A DNA stretch of 64,000 nucleotides from the NCBI RefSeq assembly GCF_018977255.1, contig NW_024704746.1, positions 67,518,001-67,582,000 on the forward strand, written 5' to 3'. Of this stretch, positions 62,433 through 64,000 are shown in pieces. This DNA is from Callorhinchus milii (lineage: Eukaryota). The notes under the pieces were generated by a model. That model worked only from the letters and a program-made list of their open reading frames with translations, was not told the DNA's origin and searched no databases. Position 1 is the stretch's first letter. Each line of letters starts with the position of its first letter. Both the position numbers and the translations under genes were made by a program.

Positions 62433-62922
62433 GCTGCCCCCCACTCCCCCTCAGCCCACCCTCCCCTCAGCCCACCCGTGTGGAAGGTCCCCGGGGTGTT
62501 CCCTCTCCGTTGCCGGGCAGTCTCGCGCTCTGGGGCTCCGGGTCAGAAGGTTGTGGGTTTGTATGTCCTCCTTCGCCCCCACCCCCACGATCACACCTTG
62601 AAGACCGCCCCCTCTTCACCCACGCCGAGGGTCACCTCCCCTCTCCCAGGCTCGGCCGCAAGCTCTGACGCTAATTACTAATAGCAATAAACCGCTGCGT
62701 CTGATGCATTGCGCCTTATTACCCGACTCCAATGCGACGTCTCAAAGCGCTTCGTGGAATATATTGTGAAGCGGAGTGACTGTGTTTTGTGGGGGGAAAA
62801 CGTGCTTCGGGTGTCTTTGGTTTCCAAAGGAAACCTTGGAAGTGAGACTTCTTTTACTTTTTTACTTTCTTTTCCGAAAAAAAACGAAGCCGCAAATCAA
62901 ACCTCCTTCGTCCGTGTCTCAG

Positions 62923-63068
62923 CTTGGTGTGTGCCGTGCTTGGCGTCGATCGAAATTCTACAGGAGCTTTGCCGGGAAGAGGAGCTGACCTGCCGGGCTC
63001 TGGGCATCAGCCGCAACATCCTAAACGAGTACGAAGTGGAGTATCTATGCGGCTACAGGAAAACCAAG
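62923..63068 (+). CDS. SUV39H2: SUV39H2 exon 2, AWCVPCLASIEILQELCREEELTCRALGISRNILNEYEVEYLCGYRKTK (start of the chromodomain); gene continues beyond the window
   Basis: 146 nt, TCTCAG| and |GTGGG boundaries. AWCVPCL..LQELCR is diagnostic of SUV39H2 versus SUV39H1, and the gene is syntenic with HSPA14. Confidence 0.95.
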
Positions 63069-64000
63069 GTGGGACTGATTCGGGTTAGATGGACTCTGAC
63101 CTTACCCCCCCCCCCCCCCAACCCTGAGCCACAAGCGGAGGGGAGGGAGGGGAATGTGCTGCTGACCCTGTCGCACAGTGTGAGTGACCGGCTTCTGGGA
63201 GCGTTTTGAAGCCGGAAGGTTGGGTGGTGGGGGGGGGGGAGTCAGGAGTATTGGAGTGGTGGTGGGGGGAAGAGGAGAGAAAGGGCAGGTAAAAGGGATT
63301 AAGGATTACCGTTAAAAGATCCCGCACACACACACACACACACACGATAGGCTAAATGGCCTTGTTATGTGCTGTAAATTCAGTGGTTCTAGATCAAAAT
63401 GGGCTTGAAAGCAGACTAGAGGATGGATGGGTGGGGTGGTGGGGGAGGAGGAAGGGTGTGAGACATGTTTACAGTGCAAGAAAGGAGGCCATTCGGCCCA
63501 TCGAGCCCAGGCCTGTCTCACTCCCATTGTCCTTCCTGCCCCCATCCTACCCTGCTCTGCCAAACCCAGGCGTGAAGCATTTTAAGACGTCCTCCTGACC
63601 TGAAAAGATGAATCGTTCGTGTATGTAAATATGAAAATATAAATAGTTGTTGTTTTCAAACATTTGCCTCGATTTCCTTTTTCAAAGCCGTTACAGCTTC
63701 TGTCTGAATTAGACAGAATCGGTCACTTGCTTCGCAGCTGTTTGCGAGATGTCGCTGTGCACAAGATCAACTGCTGCGTTCGCCTACACAACACACACAG
63801 TCACAACACTTCGCAGTCAATCACAGGCAATCCCGTGGAGCGCTTTTGAGAGAGTGTGGGTTTCACCACTGCTCAGCAGATTAAACTTTAGAAAATAAAT
63901 GTTAAGCACAAGAGCCCTAAATAAATACTAATAATTTTGATCTCTCAACCCACGACTGTCTGTGGGACGCTGCTGTGCGCAATTGGCTGCCGTATTTCGC

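Noticed and set aside
61602-62444. 280-aa Pro/Ser/Leu-rich ORF on the - strand
   Set aside because: Translation of the low-complexity G/A tract in SUV39H2 intron 1.

Overview
Vertebrate genomic DNA, most likely from a cartilaginous fish (holocephalan-like). That taxon is inferred from tRNA-derived SINEs with Deu-type bodies and (TTA)n tails plus L2 and CR1 LINE fragments; it was not checked by a search. The window holds a compact version of the gene block known from human 10p13: the 5' end of FRMD4A (-), FAM107B (-), CDNF (-) head-to-head with HSPA14 (+), and the 5' end of SUV39H2 (+). I reconstructed the exons by hand from GT/AG boundaries and reading phase. This gave complete CDSs for HSPA14 (14 exons, 510 aa), CDNF (4 exons, 182 aa) and the short FAM107B isoform (133 aa), plus a candidate long FAM107B isoform. 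Much of the rest is SINE/LINE debris, microsatellites and G/C homopolymers, and nearly all entries in the supplied ORF track are spurious. Points worth follow-up: up to three alternative phase-0 first exons for FRMD4A (one apparently frame-gated by a (CT)n repeat); a TALE+CCAAT promoter next to an 87-bp higher-order CpG minisatellite; a conserved FAM107B long-isoform exon with two in-frame donors; a sharp GC3 jump inside HSPA14; and an R4/Dong-like retroelement fragment ending at a SINE (TAA)n tail. I found no wholly new gene system. Homology statements rest on recalled human sequences and need confirmation by BLAST or RNA-seq.
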